Source: Bdellovibrionota bacterium (GTDB lineage Bacteria > Bdellovibrionota_C > UBA2361 > JBGSMV01). From it: DNA of 64,000 nt. This document shows, one piece after another, positions 17,864 to 28,501 of the stretch. Location: NCBI GenBank assembly GCA_041739995.1, contig JBGSMV010000040.1:64001-128000 (forward strand), given 5' to 3'. Numbering within the stretch: position 1 is the stretch's first letter; each line of letters begins with the position of its first letter. The notes below the pieces were generated by a model. That model had not been told where the DNA came from, did no database searches, and worked only from the letters and a program-made list of their open reading frames with translations. The position numbers and the translations under genes are program-made.

Positions 17864-19393
17864 CTATGGTCCCGCAAAACCTAGCATAACCGCCGCCGCA
17901 CTATCATGCAGCAGTCCTGGGAAAAGCCCGAACAGCACCACGCCGAGAGAACATACGCCAAGCACGCTCAGCAAGGCCGGGGTCAAGGCCGGCAATGCCT
18001 CGACAGGCTCTGCCTTATCCCCTGCTTCTGACTTCATAAAATACATGGCTACAATCACGCGCAAGTAATAGTAGCAAGACACCGCCGAGTTAAGCACCGC
18101 GATGATAACAAGGCCTACATAGTCGGCTCTAATTGCAGCTCCAAAAATGTAGAACTTACCAAGTAGGCCTGCCAGTCCTGGAGGAATTCCTGCAAGAGAA
18201 AGCATAAAGAGCGCCATGAGAGCAGCCAGTAGCGGAGCTCGCTCGGACAATCCATAGAATTTAGAAATGTGGTCGTGATCTCGCTCGCTCTCGCCCTCTG
18301 AGGTCACCCCAAGAATGACCGCAAAGGCACCCATCGTCATGAGTGTGTAACCAATCAGATAGTAAAGAATTGCGGCTCCGCCACCATTGGTGTCACCAGG
18401 CGCCAGAAAGGCAATCATCATGTACCCCGCATGCGCGATGCTCGAATACGCCAGCATTCTCTTCACACTGCGCTGACGCAGCGCTATCAGATTCCCACCA
18501 CACATGGTCAAGACTGCTAAAGTCCATACCGCACCGATCCAGAACTGCTGCACGTCTTCGAAAGCCACCCACAACACACGCAGCGTTACCGCAACCGCTG
18601 CGGCCTTAATCACACAGGCCATGTAGGCAGTGACTGAAGTCGGAGCGCCCTGATAAACGTCGGGAGCCCAAAAGTGAAAAGGCACCGCACCAATTTTAAA
18701 TACCAAACCGACCAACATGAGACCGAGCGATAACATCAAGATTGGCGATGCGTTCCCCGCAATTTCCCTCGAAACCGCAGAGATAAAAGTCGTGCCCGTT
18801 ACTCCGTAGAGCAGCGCAATTCCGTACAGTAAAAATGCACTACTAAACGAGCCCAGTAGAAAGTATTTCAGCGCCGACTCGGCTGAGCGACGCAGTCTAA
18901 GTGCGGAGCCGCACAGCGCGTAAAGTGCCAGAGACATTATTTCTAGACTCACGAACAAGGTCACCAGCTCTGCGGCGGCAACAAACATGAGCGCCCCTGC
19001 GGTGGCAAACAGCACCAAGGCATAGAACTCGCTCTTCGCCTCTATTCCTTGGGCGCTCAGCTTGCCCATACCGAGCAGTACGGCCAGCATTGAACCAAAT
19101 AGCAGCACTACACCCATAAAAGTCGAAAATGGGTCGACGTATACAAAGCCGCTAAAGGCAGTCTGCCCTGGGCCCGCAAGTCCACCGGTGGCTGCCCCGA
19201 AAAATGCAGCAACTACTAAGATGCCGACGGTCATCCATCCGGCACAGTCTTGGCCAACACACTCACCTGTCTGAGAAACGGTCGCTTTTGCTCGCGAGGA
19301 AAAGGCCTCCCAAAGAAGCAGCAAGAGCGCGCCTAAGACCACTACTATGAGCGGAGAAACCAGAAACATCTGAAGTCCAAGACTAGTATTCAT
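17864..19393 (-). CDS. nuoN: NADH-quinone oxidoreductase subunit N
   Basis: ESALKYFLLGS, FKIGAVPFHFWAPDVYQGAPT, KRMLAYSSIAHAGY. Confidence 0.97.
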   Translation of the reverse strand: MNTSLGLQMFLVSPLIVVVLGALLLLLWEAFSSRAKATVSQTGECVGQDCAGWMTVGILVVAAFFGAATGGLAGPGQTAFSGFVYVDPFSTFMGVVLLFGSMLAVLLGMGKLSAQGIEAKSEFYALVLFATAGALMFVAAAELVTLFVSLEIMSLALYALCGSALRLRRSAESALKYFLLGSFSSAFLLYGIALLYGVTGTTFISAVSREIAGNASPILMLSLGLMLVGLVFKIGAVPFHFWAPDVYQGAPTSVTAYMACVIKAAAVAVTLRVLWVAFEDVQQFWIGAVWTLAVLTMCGGNLIALRQRSVKRMLAYSSIAHAGYMMIAFLAPGDTNGGGAAILYYLIGYTLMTMGAFAVILGVTSEGESERDHDHISKFYGLSERAPLLAALMALFMLSLAGIPPGLAGLLGKFYIFGAAIRADYVGLVIIAVLNSAVSCYYYLRVIVAMYFMKSEAGDKAEPVEALPALTPALLSVLGVCSLGVVLFGLFPGLLHDSAAAVMLGFAGP

Positions 19394-19403
19394 ATTCCCC
19401 TGC

Positions 19404-21077
19404 TCAAAATTCTCTGCCTAAGGACTGCCGATCGCTCCGTGCCGCAGGCTGATAGTCCAAGAGCTTCACACTCCCCGAGTCGAGCTGCTCCAAAGCGGCG
19501 AGTTTTACTTCGTGAGAATCGAGCTCTTTGGCAAAACGCTGAGCGCTCCCACGAGACGCGAGAAGACTATCGGCTCTCATCTGCACGGCACCCTTCCAAG
19601 CCGCAACCGAAGGCTCAATTGCGCGCAAGAACGGCTGCGGGAAAAGCCCGATGACGAAGACTAGAACCAACAGCGGCACCAGAGCGGCAAGCTCGTGGCG
19701 ATTTACATCCTTAAGATTTCCATTCCTCGCAGTATCAAGCTCTCCGAACATAGTTCGAAGATACAGCGTCAGCATGTACACCGCCCCAAGAATGACGCCT
19801 AAAGTAGAGATAGCGGTCAACACCGGGAATACCTGGAAGCTTCCGGTAAGAATTAAAAACTCTCCGATGAAACCATTGGTAAGCGGCAGTGCGATAGAGC
19901 TAAGCGTGAATACCAAGAACAGGAACGCGAACACAGGAACCTGCGCGGCCAAGCCACCATACTCAGAGATCTCCCTGGTATGTCGTCGGTCATAGAGCAC
20001 ACCCACGAGCAAGAACAATGCGCCAGTAGAGATGCCGTGATTAATCATCTGTAGCACTGCGCCGCTGGTGGCTATGACATTAAAAGCCACCACCCCCAAC
20101 ACACAAAACCCAAGATGCGCGACTGAGGAGTACGCAACCAGCTTCTTGATGTCGTGCTGTGCCCAGGCGACCAGGGATCCGTACACGATTCCAATTACCG
20201 CCAACCCCGCCAGGTAGGGCGCGAAGAGTTCAGCGGCCAATGGAAACAGCGGATAGGCGAAGCGAATAAACCCGTAGAGCCCCATTTTTAAGAGAATCCC
20301 GGCAAGCACCACTGAGCCCCCGGTAGGAGCTTCGACGTGCGCGTCTGGCAACCAGGTATGAAAAGGGAATATCGGAACTTTAATTCCAAACGCCAGGGCG
20401 AATGCAGCAAAGAGCCAAAACTCTTCGGTGAAGCTCAGATTGGTTCCAAGCAGTAACTGCTGCAACGCGAAGGTAATCTCTCCATCATGCTGCTGGGCGT
20501 GCTGCCACACTACGTACAGTATGGCGACCAACATGAGCACTGAACCAACCACGGTGTAGAGCACGAACTTCAAGGTGGCGTAGATGCTCCGCTTGCCACC
20601 CCAAATACCGATGATGAAATACATCGGGGCCAGCATCAGTTCCCAAAAGACGTAGAATAGAAACAAGTCCAGGGCCACCAAAGTACCGAGCATGGCGGTC
20701 TCAAGCACGAGCATCGCGGCCAAATACCCGCGGAGCTTGGTGGTGACCGAGCGCGACGCCACTACTATAATCGGCATGAGAAACGTGGTGAGCATCACCA
20801 ACCACAAGCTAATGCCGTCCACGCCCAGTTGATAACGCACCCCAAAACTTGGGATCCAAGCAACGTTCTCTACGAACTGATAGGCGCTGATTGAGGAGTC
20901 AAAGCCCAGCAACATCATCAAGGAGATGCCGAACGTTACCAGGGAAGCCCCCAGTGCCGCCGAGCGCACCGTTTCGACCTTGGAAGATGGGAACAGATAC
21001 AACAGCGCCGCTCCGATCAACGGGAGGAACACTATCGTACTCAAAAATGGAAAATTTGCAGCGACGGTTGTATCCAT
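19404..21077 (-). CDS. nuoM: NADH-quinone oxidoreductase subunit M
   Basis: LGVDGISL, FYVFWE, IKVPIFPFHTWLPDAHVEAPT, KKLVAYSSVAHLG. Confidence 0.97.
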   Translation of the reverse strand: MDTTVAANFPFLSTIVFLPLIGAALLYLFPSSKVETVRSAALGASLVTFGISLMMLLGFDSSISAYQFVENVAWIPSFGVRYQLGVDGISLWLVMLTTFLMPIIVVASRSVTTKLRGYLAAMLVLETAMLGTLVALDLFLFYVFWELMLAPMYFIIGIWGGKRSIYATLKFVLYTVVGSVLMLVAILYVVWQHAQQHDGEITFALQQLLLGTNLSFTEEFWLFAAFALAFGIKVPIFPFHTWLPDAHVEAPTGGSVVLAGILLKMGLYGFIRFAYPLFPLAAELFAPYLAGLAVIGIVYGSLVAWAQHDIKKLVAYSSVAHLGFCVLGVVAFNVIATSGAVLQMINHGISTGALFLLVGVLYDRRHTREISEYGGLAAQVPVFAFLFLVFTLSSIALPLTNGFIGEFLILTGSFQVFPVLTAISTLGVILGAVYMLTLYLRTMFGELDTARNGNLKDVNRHELAALVPLLVLVFVIGLFPQPFLRAIEPSVAAWKGAVQMRADSLLASRGSAQRFAKELDSHEVKLAALEQLDSGSVKLLDYQPAARSDRQSLGREF

Positions 21078-21079
21078 GA

Positions 21080-23035
21080 TCACATCACCAGGTAACATCC
21101 AATAACCAACACCGTGGCGAGAAACATTCCAAGCGCATAGTGTCGAAGGTTTCCAGTCTGTGTGTGGCGCGCGATTTCGCCTGTCATATCCACCACCGCT
21201 GCGGTTCCGTTTACCGAGCCATCAATGATGACCTGGTCAACGCCGCGCCATAAAAAGCGTGCCATACCCTCAAGCGGGCGAATAATAGCCGTGGCATACA
21301 CTTCGTCGAAGAACCACTTACCCTGAGACAATCGCGTTAACGGCTTCAAAGCGGCAGCAATCAAGACTGGGAATCGGGTCAGGTTGGTATAAAACAGAAT
21401 GCCTACCGCAACTCCCAGTACTCCCACCCAAGAATGCATCAGCGCCTGCACAAATGACTCATGATGATGCCCCATTTCGCTAGGGACCACCGCAACCAAG
21501 TAATGCTGAATAGAGAACGCGCCGTCTGCTACCGCACCACCCAGAGTGACACCACCAATCAGAGCAAGCGCTGCCAGCACCATCAACGGTATCGTCATCA
21601 AGTATGGCGACTCATGTGGTTCGTGCGCCGCATGACTGCCGTGATCATGAGCAGCATGTGCATCATGATGGTCATGCGAATGTCCTCCGCGGTAATGCCC
21701 CATAAAGGTCATGGCAAATGAGCGCGCCATATAGAATGCGGTGAGGAAAGCCGTGAAAGTCAGGAGGAGCCCCAGGTACTCAGCAATTGGCCCCACCAGA
21801 CGAGGATTGGTGGTATGTGCCAGTGCATCGACAATGGCATGCTTTGAATAGTACCCAGCGAACGGTGCGATGCCGGCTATGGCCAGAGTGGAAATCAGAT
21901 AGGTCCACGCCGTGATTGGCATCTTAGACCAAAGCCCGCCCATCTTGCGCATGTCTTGTTCATGGTGGCAGCCATGAATGACCGAACCAGCGCCTAGGAA
22001 CAAGCAGGCTTTAAAGAATGCATGGGTAACCACATGAAAAATGGCGACCCAGTATGCACCGACCGAGGCAGCTACAAACATGAAGCCAAGCTGGCTCACC
22101 GTTGAGTAAGCCAGCACCTTCTTAATATCGTTCTGGGTAAGTGCCGTGGTTGCCGCAACAAAAGCGGTAAGGCCTGCGATAACCGCCACGACTAACATCG
22201 CATCCGGTGACGCATCAAAAGCAAGATGCATTCTCGCCATCAGGTACACACCGGCGGTCACCATGGTGGCAGCATGAATCAATGCAGAGACTGGGGTAGG
22301 ACCAGCCATGGCGTCAGGCAGCCACACAAAGAGCGGAATCTGTGCAGACTTACCGGTCGCACCGACGAAGAAGCAAAGCGCAACCAATGTGGCTAAATCT
22401 GCAGAAAGCGGCTGAGCAGTAAACGCTGCATTCAAAGCTCCAAACTCAAGTGTCCCGTACTGACGAAACAACAAGAACATGCCCAACAAAAATCCTGCAT
22501 CTCCAATTCGATTCACCACGAAGGCTTTTCGACCAGCCGAGGCGTAGTCCACGTTTTTGAACCAAAATCCGATCAGCAGATAGGAACAAAGCCCTACCCC
22601 TTCCCAGCCCACAAAGAGGACTGGAAGATTCCCTGCGAGAACAAGGATGAGCATGCAAAACATGAAAAGATTGAGGTACGAGAAAAAGCGATGTCGCGCC
22701 TCTTCTTCTGCCATGTAGGCGATTGAGTAGAGATGGATCAGACTGCCCACGCCCGTAACCACTAAACACATTACTGCGGTGAGTGCGTCAAAGCGGAAAA
22801 GAAAATCGATATCGAGCCCGCCTACCGCTATCCAGGTGCCAAGCGATCCGACAAACGCTGCATCCGGCGCAAGGTTCGAGAACAGAACCACAGTCCACAC
22901 GAAAGATAACCCGGCAGACGCAGTCGCTATCCAACCAGCGAGGTCGCGAGCTTTTCGCCCAATCAGAAACGCCAACACCGCCCCAATCGCCGGGAAAGCG
23001 GGAATCAACCACAACATTGCTTGACTACTTTCCAT
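21080..23035 (-). CDS. nuoL: NADH-quinone oxidoreductase subunit L
   Basis: GWEGVGLCSYLLIGFW, KSAQIPLFVWLPDAMAGPTPVSALIHAATMV, THAFFKA. Confidence 0.97.
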   Translation of the reverse strand: MESSQAMLWLIPAFPAIGAVLAFLIGRKARDLAGWIATASAGLSFVWTVVLFSNLAPDAAFVGSLGTWIAVGGLDIDFLFRFDALTAVMCLVVTGVGSLIHLYSIAYMAEEEARHRFFSYLNLFMFCMLILVLAGNLPVLFVGWEGVGLCSYLLIGFWFKNVDYASAGRKAFVVNRIGDAGFLLGMFLLFRQYGTLEFGALNAAFTAQPLSADLATLVALCFFVGATGKSAQIPLFVWLPDAMAGPTPVSALIHAATMVTAGVYLMARMHLAFDASPDAMLVVAVIAGLTAFVAATTALTQNDIKKVLAYSTVSQLGFMFVAASVGAYWVAIFHVVTHAFFKACLFLGAGSVIHGCHHEQDMRKMGGLWSKMPITAWTYLISTLAIAGIAPFAGYYSKHAIVDALAHTTNPRLVGPIAEYLGLLLTFTAFLTAFYMARSFAMTFMGHYRGGHSHDHHDAHAAHDHGSHAAHEPHESPYLMTIPLMVLAALALIGGVTLGGAVADGAFSIQHYLVAVVPSEMGHHHESFVQALMHSWVGVLGVAVGILFYTNLTRFPVLIAAALKPLTRLSQGKWFFDEVYATAIIRPLEGMARFLWRGVDQVIIDGSVNGTAAVVDMTGEIARHTQTGNLRHYALGMFLATVLVIGCYLVM

Positions 23036-23140
23036 ATACTCCCGTCAATCTAGCTTCGGTCAGGATTTCTTGAACCCTGCTCAATCCAACCCCGAACACC
23101 TCGACTTCAAAGGCACCGGTCACTTAAAGTCTCAGGTCGC

Positions 23141-23443
23141 CTAAAGCCGCAGGTCAGAAGTGTCCGTCGTCTCAATCGAGTTCATCGATCTAAACACCGA
23201 AATAATAATCGCCAATCCAACCGCAGCCTCGGCAGCGGCCACCACCATCACAAAAAAAACTGATATCTGACCATCAAGCTCACCGTGCATCTGCGACAAT
23301 GCGACGAAACTAAGGTTCACCGCGTTCAGCATCAGCTCGATACACATGAACACCACGATGGCGTTCCGTCTGACAACGACACCGATCACTCCGATAGTGA
23401 AGATCACGGCAGAGAGTGTCAGGTAAAGACTTACTGGAACCAT
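23141..23443 (-). CDS. nuoK: NADH-quinone oxidoreductase subunit K
   Basis: [34 protein letters not shown] 23443 has an AAGGAAGG Shine-Dalgarno. Confidence 0.97.
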   Translation of the reverse strand: MVPVSLYLTLSAVIFTIGVIGVVVRRNAIVVFMCIELMLNAVNLSFVALSQMHGELDGQISVFFVMVVAAAEAAVGLAIIISVFRSMNSIETTDTSDLRL

Positions 23444-23456
23444 AATCTCGCCTTCC

Positions 23457-24014
23457 TTATGACTCTCCGTGCACCAGTTCACGCGGCTGAGGTTTTGATT
23501 CTCGCTTAGCCAACATCACTGCGCCCACAATGGCTGCCATCAGAAGCACTCCTGATGCTTGAAACAAAAAGACGTACTCGGTGAAAAGGCGTCGGCCGAT
23601 CGCTTCTACAGTGCCCTCTACCGCCACCATGTCAGCACCAGTCCCGCCCGCACCAGCCGAGCCCGAAACTAACAGCGAGTCCATCGCTTCTCTAACCACA
23701 GGAACCGCCACTAGAAGAAAAACTCCTCCTGCGATTATCGCCAGTACCGAAAGAACATTCTCGCCCTTAGTTCGGCTCTCAACCTTGAGATTAAGAAGCA
23801 TCAGCATAAACACCACCAACACCACGATGGCGCCGGCGTACACAATGATTTGAACCGCCGCCAGAAAGTGGGCATCCATCATGGCGAAGAATGCGGAAAT
23901 GGCGAGCAGGTGCGCCACGAGTCCAAGCGCACTGTGAATGGGGTTTTTAAGCGCCACCACTGAGACGGCAGAAACAATCGCCAACAAAGCGGTGACCGCA
24001 AACAAGCCTATCAT
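23457..24014 (-). CDS. nuoJ: NADH-quinone oxidoreductase subunit J
   Basis: [32 protein letters not shown]. Confidence 0.96.
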   Translation of the reverse strand: MIGLFAVTALLAIVSAVSVVALKNPIHSALGLVAHLLAISAFFAMMDAHFLAAVQIIVYAGAIVVLVVFMLMLLNLKVESRTKGENVLSVLAIIAGGVFLLVAVPVVREAMDSLLVSGSAGAGGTGADMVAVEGTVEAIGRRLFTEYVFLFQASGVLLMAAIVGAVMLAKRESKPQPRELVHGES

Positions 24015-24058
24015 GAAGCGTAACCCCCTCTCCGTGTCTGTATTTCAATCCAAAGCAC

Positions 24059-25330
24059 TTAGAACCATCCTGCGAGACGAAGTGCTCCCAGCACCATCAA
24101 ATTAATGAACGCGATTTCCAGCAGCCACTTCCAGCCCAAATCCATCAACTGATCGTAGCGAAAGCGCGGCAAAGTCCAGCGAATCACAATCTGCAACACG
24201 CAGAAGAACACTACCTTACCCATCAGAATCATGTGGCCAATCAGGCTAGAAGCCCAGTGATTCTGAGGAAATTGAACGAAGTCGCCAAGGAACGGCAGCG
24301 GATGCCAGCCCCCAAAGAATACCAGTGCAAGCACAATGGCGAATAAGGCAATTTCGGTAAACTCCCCCATCCAGAACAACAAGAACTTCATGCCCGAGTA
24401 CTCAGTGAAATATCCGGCTACTAATTCCGATTCACTTTCAGGCAAATCAAACGGCCCTCGCTTGGTCTCCGCCATTCCCGCGACAAAGAAAATTATCATG
24501 GCGATGAACATGCAAGGATTCTGCAAGGCCCCCCAAGTGTTGCCCTGCATTTCGACCATGGCGTACAAGTCCAAGCTTCCGTACATCAGAATCGCCGTGG
24601 CAAGCGCAACTCCTAGCGCCAACTCATAGGAAATCATCTGCGCGGCCGCGCGAAGACTGCCCAACAGAGCAAACTTGTTGTTACTGCTCCAACCCGCTAA
24701 CGCAACGCCATAGACCGCCATGGAGCCCATCGCCAAGAAGAACAATATCCCTGCGTTTAATTCTGCAATCTGTGGGCGAATCTGATAACCGAACAATGCA
24801 AACTCTGGTGCCAACGGGATAATGGCGAATGCGAGGAAGATCGGAAGTGCCGCCAGCACGGGAGCTAGACTGTGAATTATCGGAGAAACCCCGTTGGGAA
24901 TAAAATCCTCTTTGGTCAATGCCTTCACCGCGTCGCACACCAGCGTGTTGATCACACCGAGAATGCCCAAGCCTCTTATCACGAAAGGCACCATCGAGAG
25001 CCCAAACAACAAGATGCCGACAATCAGCACTCCGCCGAGCACTTCCTGTGGAGGGAGAATGCCTGAAAGACTCACGACCCCAAATTGCAGGATCAACAAA
25101 CTAAGCCCTAAGAGAACAAAGAGAATTCCGAACACTCTTGCGGTCAGCAGACCTTTGGCTAGAAATGGATTCTCAATCTCAAAGAACGCACCCGCCCTGT
25201 TCGCGCCAATTCGATCCTGAATCAGCGCCGAGCCCTTGCGCTCTACCCATGTGCAAAACGCTGACATGCTCATCGCCAAATTAAAGACGACAAACACCTC
25301 AATGAACAAAATCAGATACTCTATGCCCAT
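24059..25330 (-). CDS. nuoH: NADH-quinone oxidoreductase subunit H with an N-terminal insertion
   Basis: WVERKGSALIQDRIG, GWSSNNKF, AQMISYE, PFDLPESESELVAGYFTEYSG, RWTLPRFRYDQLM. Confidence 0.96.
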   Translation of the reverse strand: MGIEYLILFIEVFVVFNLAMSMSAFCTWVERKGSALIQDRIGANRAGAFFEIENPFLAKGLLTARVFGILFVLLGLSLLILQFGVVSLSGILPPQEVLGGVLIVGILLFGLSMVPFVIRGLGILGVINTLVCDAVKALTKEDFIPNGVSPIIHSLAPVLAALPIFLAFAIIPLAPEFALFGYQIRPQIAELNAGILFFLAMGSMAVYGVALAGWSSNNKFALLGSLRAAAQMISYELALGVALATAILMYGSLDLYAMVEMQGNTWGALQNPCMFIAMIIFFVAGMAETKRGPFDLPESESELVAGYFTEYSGMKFLLFWMGEFTEIALFAIVLALVFFGGWHPLPFLGDFVQFPQNHWASSLIGHMILMGKVVFFCVLQIVIRWTLPRFRYDQLMDLGWKWLLEIAFINLMVLGALRLAGWF

Positions 25331-25350
25331 ACGCTGATATACGTCCTTAA

Positions 25351-27045
25351 CTATACCGCCGGCTGACTACCCGCAGAGTCTGCAGCTACCGTTCGTTGCC
25401 GAGGCTGATAAGACTTCAAATCAATTCCCTTCGAAGCACCCACCAAACTTAGCAGGCTGCCCTTCACGTCGGCGATCGAAAGCCCGACAAGTCGAGTGTC
25501 CTTGCCAAGAATCCGCAGGCTCAAATCTCTATCGTTAGTGGCGTCACACAACGCGGCACCGCATTCTTTGGAAATTCGGTTCAACAGGCGCCACTCTGGC
25601 TCTGCGCCAAGCGGTGCATCAATTACTCGCTCACTCCACTGCAGACGACTTTGGCGATTCACCATGAGTCCAGACTTCTCAAGAATGCTTCTGCCAGGAA
25701 GAGCGACTTTGAGCACCGACGCCAAGCCTGAAGCCGCATCAGTAAGCATGCCGACGCTCACTCCAACTGCCTGAATACCGGCAAGCAGTGCTGCGTCGCA
25801 GTCTTCGGGCAAAATCGCTCGCTGTCCCACCAACAACACATGCGAGACGCTTCCCGCGCGCAGTTGCTTCAACGCGCTCTCGTATGCGTCACCAGAAACA
25901 GACTGCACCAGCCCACTGAATTCAGCCGCTCTAAAGTTCGCCGCATAGTCCGGACTTACAAGAACCTTCTCCACTTCGGTAAGTGTTCGTTCTCTGTAGG
26001 CCAGCACCACTCGCGCCTTAGGCATGTGTCGAGTAAGGAACTCTTTTAGAATGTCATACTCTTCAAGCAAAAGATCAGGAGACACCATCACGAGCGCCTC
26101 GCTACCTACCAGCCGCTTGGACTCGCGCAGAGCCATCTCCCAGGAAGTGCCAGCTCCACCCAACAGCGGACTTGCAAGACGCTTCTGCGGAAGAAAGCGC
26201 ATGAACCCATAGCGCCCTTCGTCGCACATCCACTCCTTATTCACTGCGGAGTTAAGACGCCCTTTGACCTGCACCACTTGCTGGTCTCGAATGGCAACTT
26301 TTACGTTACAGCCAGTCGAACAACCTGGACATATCGAGTCAGTTTCTTTGGTAAACCAGATACGGGTGTTAAAGCGCCAATTGCGATGGGTAAGCGCACC
26401 GACCGGACATAGATCCACAACGGTGCCTGAAAGCGCATTGTTTAATTCTTTGCCCTCGTTGACCGCGATGACCGAGCGGTCGCCACGGTTTAGCATGCCA
26501 AGCTCTGAAGTCTTGGTGACTTCATCACAAAAACGTACACAGCGCGTGCACATGATGCAACGCTCACCATCAAGCACCACCGTGGGTCCTAGCGGAAGTG
26601 CTTTAACCTTGTGCTCTTTCTGTTCGAGAAAGCGACTGGGCCTGGCATTGTAGTCAAAGTGGTAGTCCTGCAACTTGCAGTGCCCGGCTTGATCACAAAC
26701 AGTGCAATCCAGAGGATGATTAATCAGTATAAATTCTAGAGTTGCCGCCTGAGCATCATCTACTTCAGGTGAGGTGTGATGCGTGGACACCTCCATGCCT
26801 TCACGCACCATAGTATTGCATGCGATATCAAGCTTCGGCGCGCCCTTTACTCGCACCTGACACATACGGCAGTTGCCAGCGATAGAAAGGTGGGGATGAT
26901 AACAATAAAAAGGAACGTCGACGCCAACTGACTTAGCAGCCTCGATTAGATTTGTGCCCTTGGGAACTTTGGCAGCTTTGCCGTCAATCGTGAGATTGAC
27001 CAACTCTACTGCTCCGGCTCCTTGCGCTCCCAGTTCTGTACCCAT
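25351..27045 (-). CDS. nuoG: NADH-quinone oxidoreductase subunit G, short form
   Basis: YCYHPHLSIAGNCRMC, NHPLDCTVCDQAGHC, CIMCTRCVRFC, CPVGAL, CPGCSTGC...CDEGR. Confidence 0.95.
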   Translation of the reverse strand: MGTELGAQGAGAVELVNLTIDGKAAKVPKGTNLIEAAKSVGVDVPFYCYHPHLSIAGNCRMCQVRVKGAPKLDIACNTMVREGMEVSTHHTSPEVDDAQAATLEFILINHPLDCTVCDQAGHCKLQDYHFDYNARPSRFLEQKEHKVKALPLGPTVVLDGERCIMCTRCVRFCDEVTKTSELGMLNRGDRSVIAVNEGKELNNALSGTVVDLCPVGALTHRNWRFNTRIWFTKETDSICPGCSTGCNVKVAIRDQQVVQVKGRLNSAVNKEWMCDEGRYGFMRFLPQKRLASPLLGGAGTSWEMALRESKRLVGSEALVMVSPDLLLEEYDILKEFLTRHMPKARVVLAYRERTLTEVEKVLVSPDYAANFRAAEFSGLVQSVSGDAYESALKQLRAGSVSHVLLVGQRAILPEDCDAALLAGIQAVGVSVGMLTDAASGLASVLKVALPGRSILEKSGLMVNRQSRLQWSERVIDAPLGAEPEWRLLNRISKECGAALCDATNDRDLSLRILGKDTRLVGLSIADVKGSLLSLVGASKGIDLKSYQPRQRTVAADSAGSQPAV

Positions 27046-27116
27046 TCGATCACCGACGTCTTCTTAATCTCTCCGAATCACCCAGCCTGGTTTCAGGCTC
27101 GCTACTTCCTAAGTCT

Positions 27117-28433
27117 TCAATGAGAACCACCCACATCCGCGTTCATGGACTCTCTTGAAATCACTCGCCCTTCCCTGGCCTCAGAAATTCGGCCGCGGAA
27201 CTCTTCGGGAAATTTTCGGATGAAGCTCTGTGCGGGCCACGCCAAGGCTTCACCGAAAGCACAGATAGTGTGCCCGGCGACTTGCCCGCAGATGCTTTCA
27301 ACGAGCTGCACGTCACCGGGCAATCCTCCGCCCTTCGAAATGCGCCCAAAGATTTTCTCGATCCAATGACCGCCCTCGCGACAAGGAGTGCACTGACCAC
27401 AAGACTCATGCGCATAGAAGTGTGCGACATTAAGCGCTGCTTCAACCATGTCGGTGTGATCGTCCATCACCATGAAACCGCCGGAGCCCACGTGAGAACC
27501 AGCCTTTGAGAGTGACTCATAGTCAATATTCACGCCTGCAAGCTCATCGGCGCGCAGAATCGGGAATGAAGAGCCGCCAGGCATGACGCCTTTAAGGTTT
27601 CGCCCTTTCCAAATGCCCCCGCACTCCTCTTCGATAAACTGCAGTAGCGGGTAGCCCATTTCAATTTCATAGATTCCAGGCTTATTGATATGCCCTGAAG
27701 CACTAATAAGTTTTGTTCCGGTGGATTTTTCAGTTCCAATAGCGGCATACCACTCGCCGCCGTTTTCTAGAATGGCTACGCACGCAGCCAGCGTTTCGGT
27801 GTTGTTAACCACCGTGGGGCAGTCATACAGACCAATCGCCGCAGGGTAATACGGAGGTTTTAGGCGCGGCTGTCCTTTCTTACCTTCTAGAGAATTGAGC
27901 AGGGCCGTCTCTTCTCCGCAGATATACGCACCTGCGCCACGATGCACGATCATGTGATGCGTGAATCCGCTGCCAAAAATGTTCTCGCCTAGGTAGCCCT
28001 TAGCATAGGCTTCATCAATGGCGCGTTGAATACGAATGTATGGGTACCCGTACTCACCACGAATATAGATGACGGAGAAATTGCTCTGCACCGCCCAAGC
28101 GCAGATAAGTTGTCCTTCAATAACTAAGTGCGGATCTCTCTCAAGCAAAAGCCGGTCTTTGAAAGTACCCGGCCCAGACTCATCCGCATTTTGCACAATA
28201 TAAATAGGCTTTCCGGAGTTGCGAGGAATAAAACTCCACTTCTGCCCGGTACCGAAACCAGCGCCGCCACGTCCGCGTAATCCAGACTTCTTGACCTCTT
28301 CAAGCACCGCAAGCGGGTCCAGGCCCATGGCCTTCTTGATGACCGAATATCCACCACGGCTCTCATACCCCGCCACAGTGTGCTGATCGGGATGATCGAT
28401 GTTTTTTAAAAGAATCTGTCGATGATTGCCCAT
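27117..28433 (-). CDS. nuoF: NADH-quinone oxidoreductase subunit F
   Basis: SGLRGRGGAGF, GAGAYICGEETAL, HESCGQCTPCREG. Confidence 0.97.
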   Translation of the reverse strand: MGNHRQILLKNIDHPDQHTVAGYESRGGYSVIKKAMGLDPLAVLEEVKKSGLRGRGGAGFGTGQKWSFIPRNSGKPIYIVQNADESGPGTFKDRLLLERDPHLVIEGQLICAWAVQSNFSVIYIRGEYGYPYIRIQRAIDEAYAKGYLGENIFGSGFTHHMIVHRGAGAYICGEETALLNSLEGKKGQPRLKPPYYPAAIGLYDCPTVVNNTETLAACVAILENGGEWYAAIGTEKSTGTKLISASGHINKPGIYEIEMGYPLLQFIEEECGGIWKGRNLKGVMPGGSSFPILRADELAGVNIDYESLSKAGSHVGSGGFMVMDDHTDMVEAALNVAHFYAHESCGQCTPCREGGHWIEKIFGRISKGGGLPGDVQLVESICGQVAGHTICAFGEALAWPAQSFIRKFPEEFRGRISEAREGRVISRESMNADVGGSH

Positions 28434-28501
28434 AATCCCTTAAATCTTGCTCAACGCCTTACGTTCAAAGAGCGCTCTACAAACCGCCTAACGCAAACCA
28501 A

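Noticed and set aside
21620..21690. His-rich loop in NuoL
   Set aside because: His-rich insertions before the HESP motif are common in NuoL proteins.
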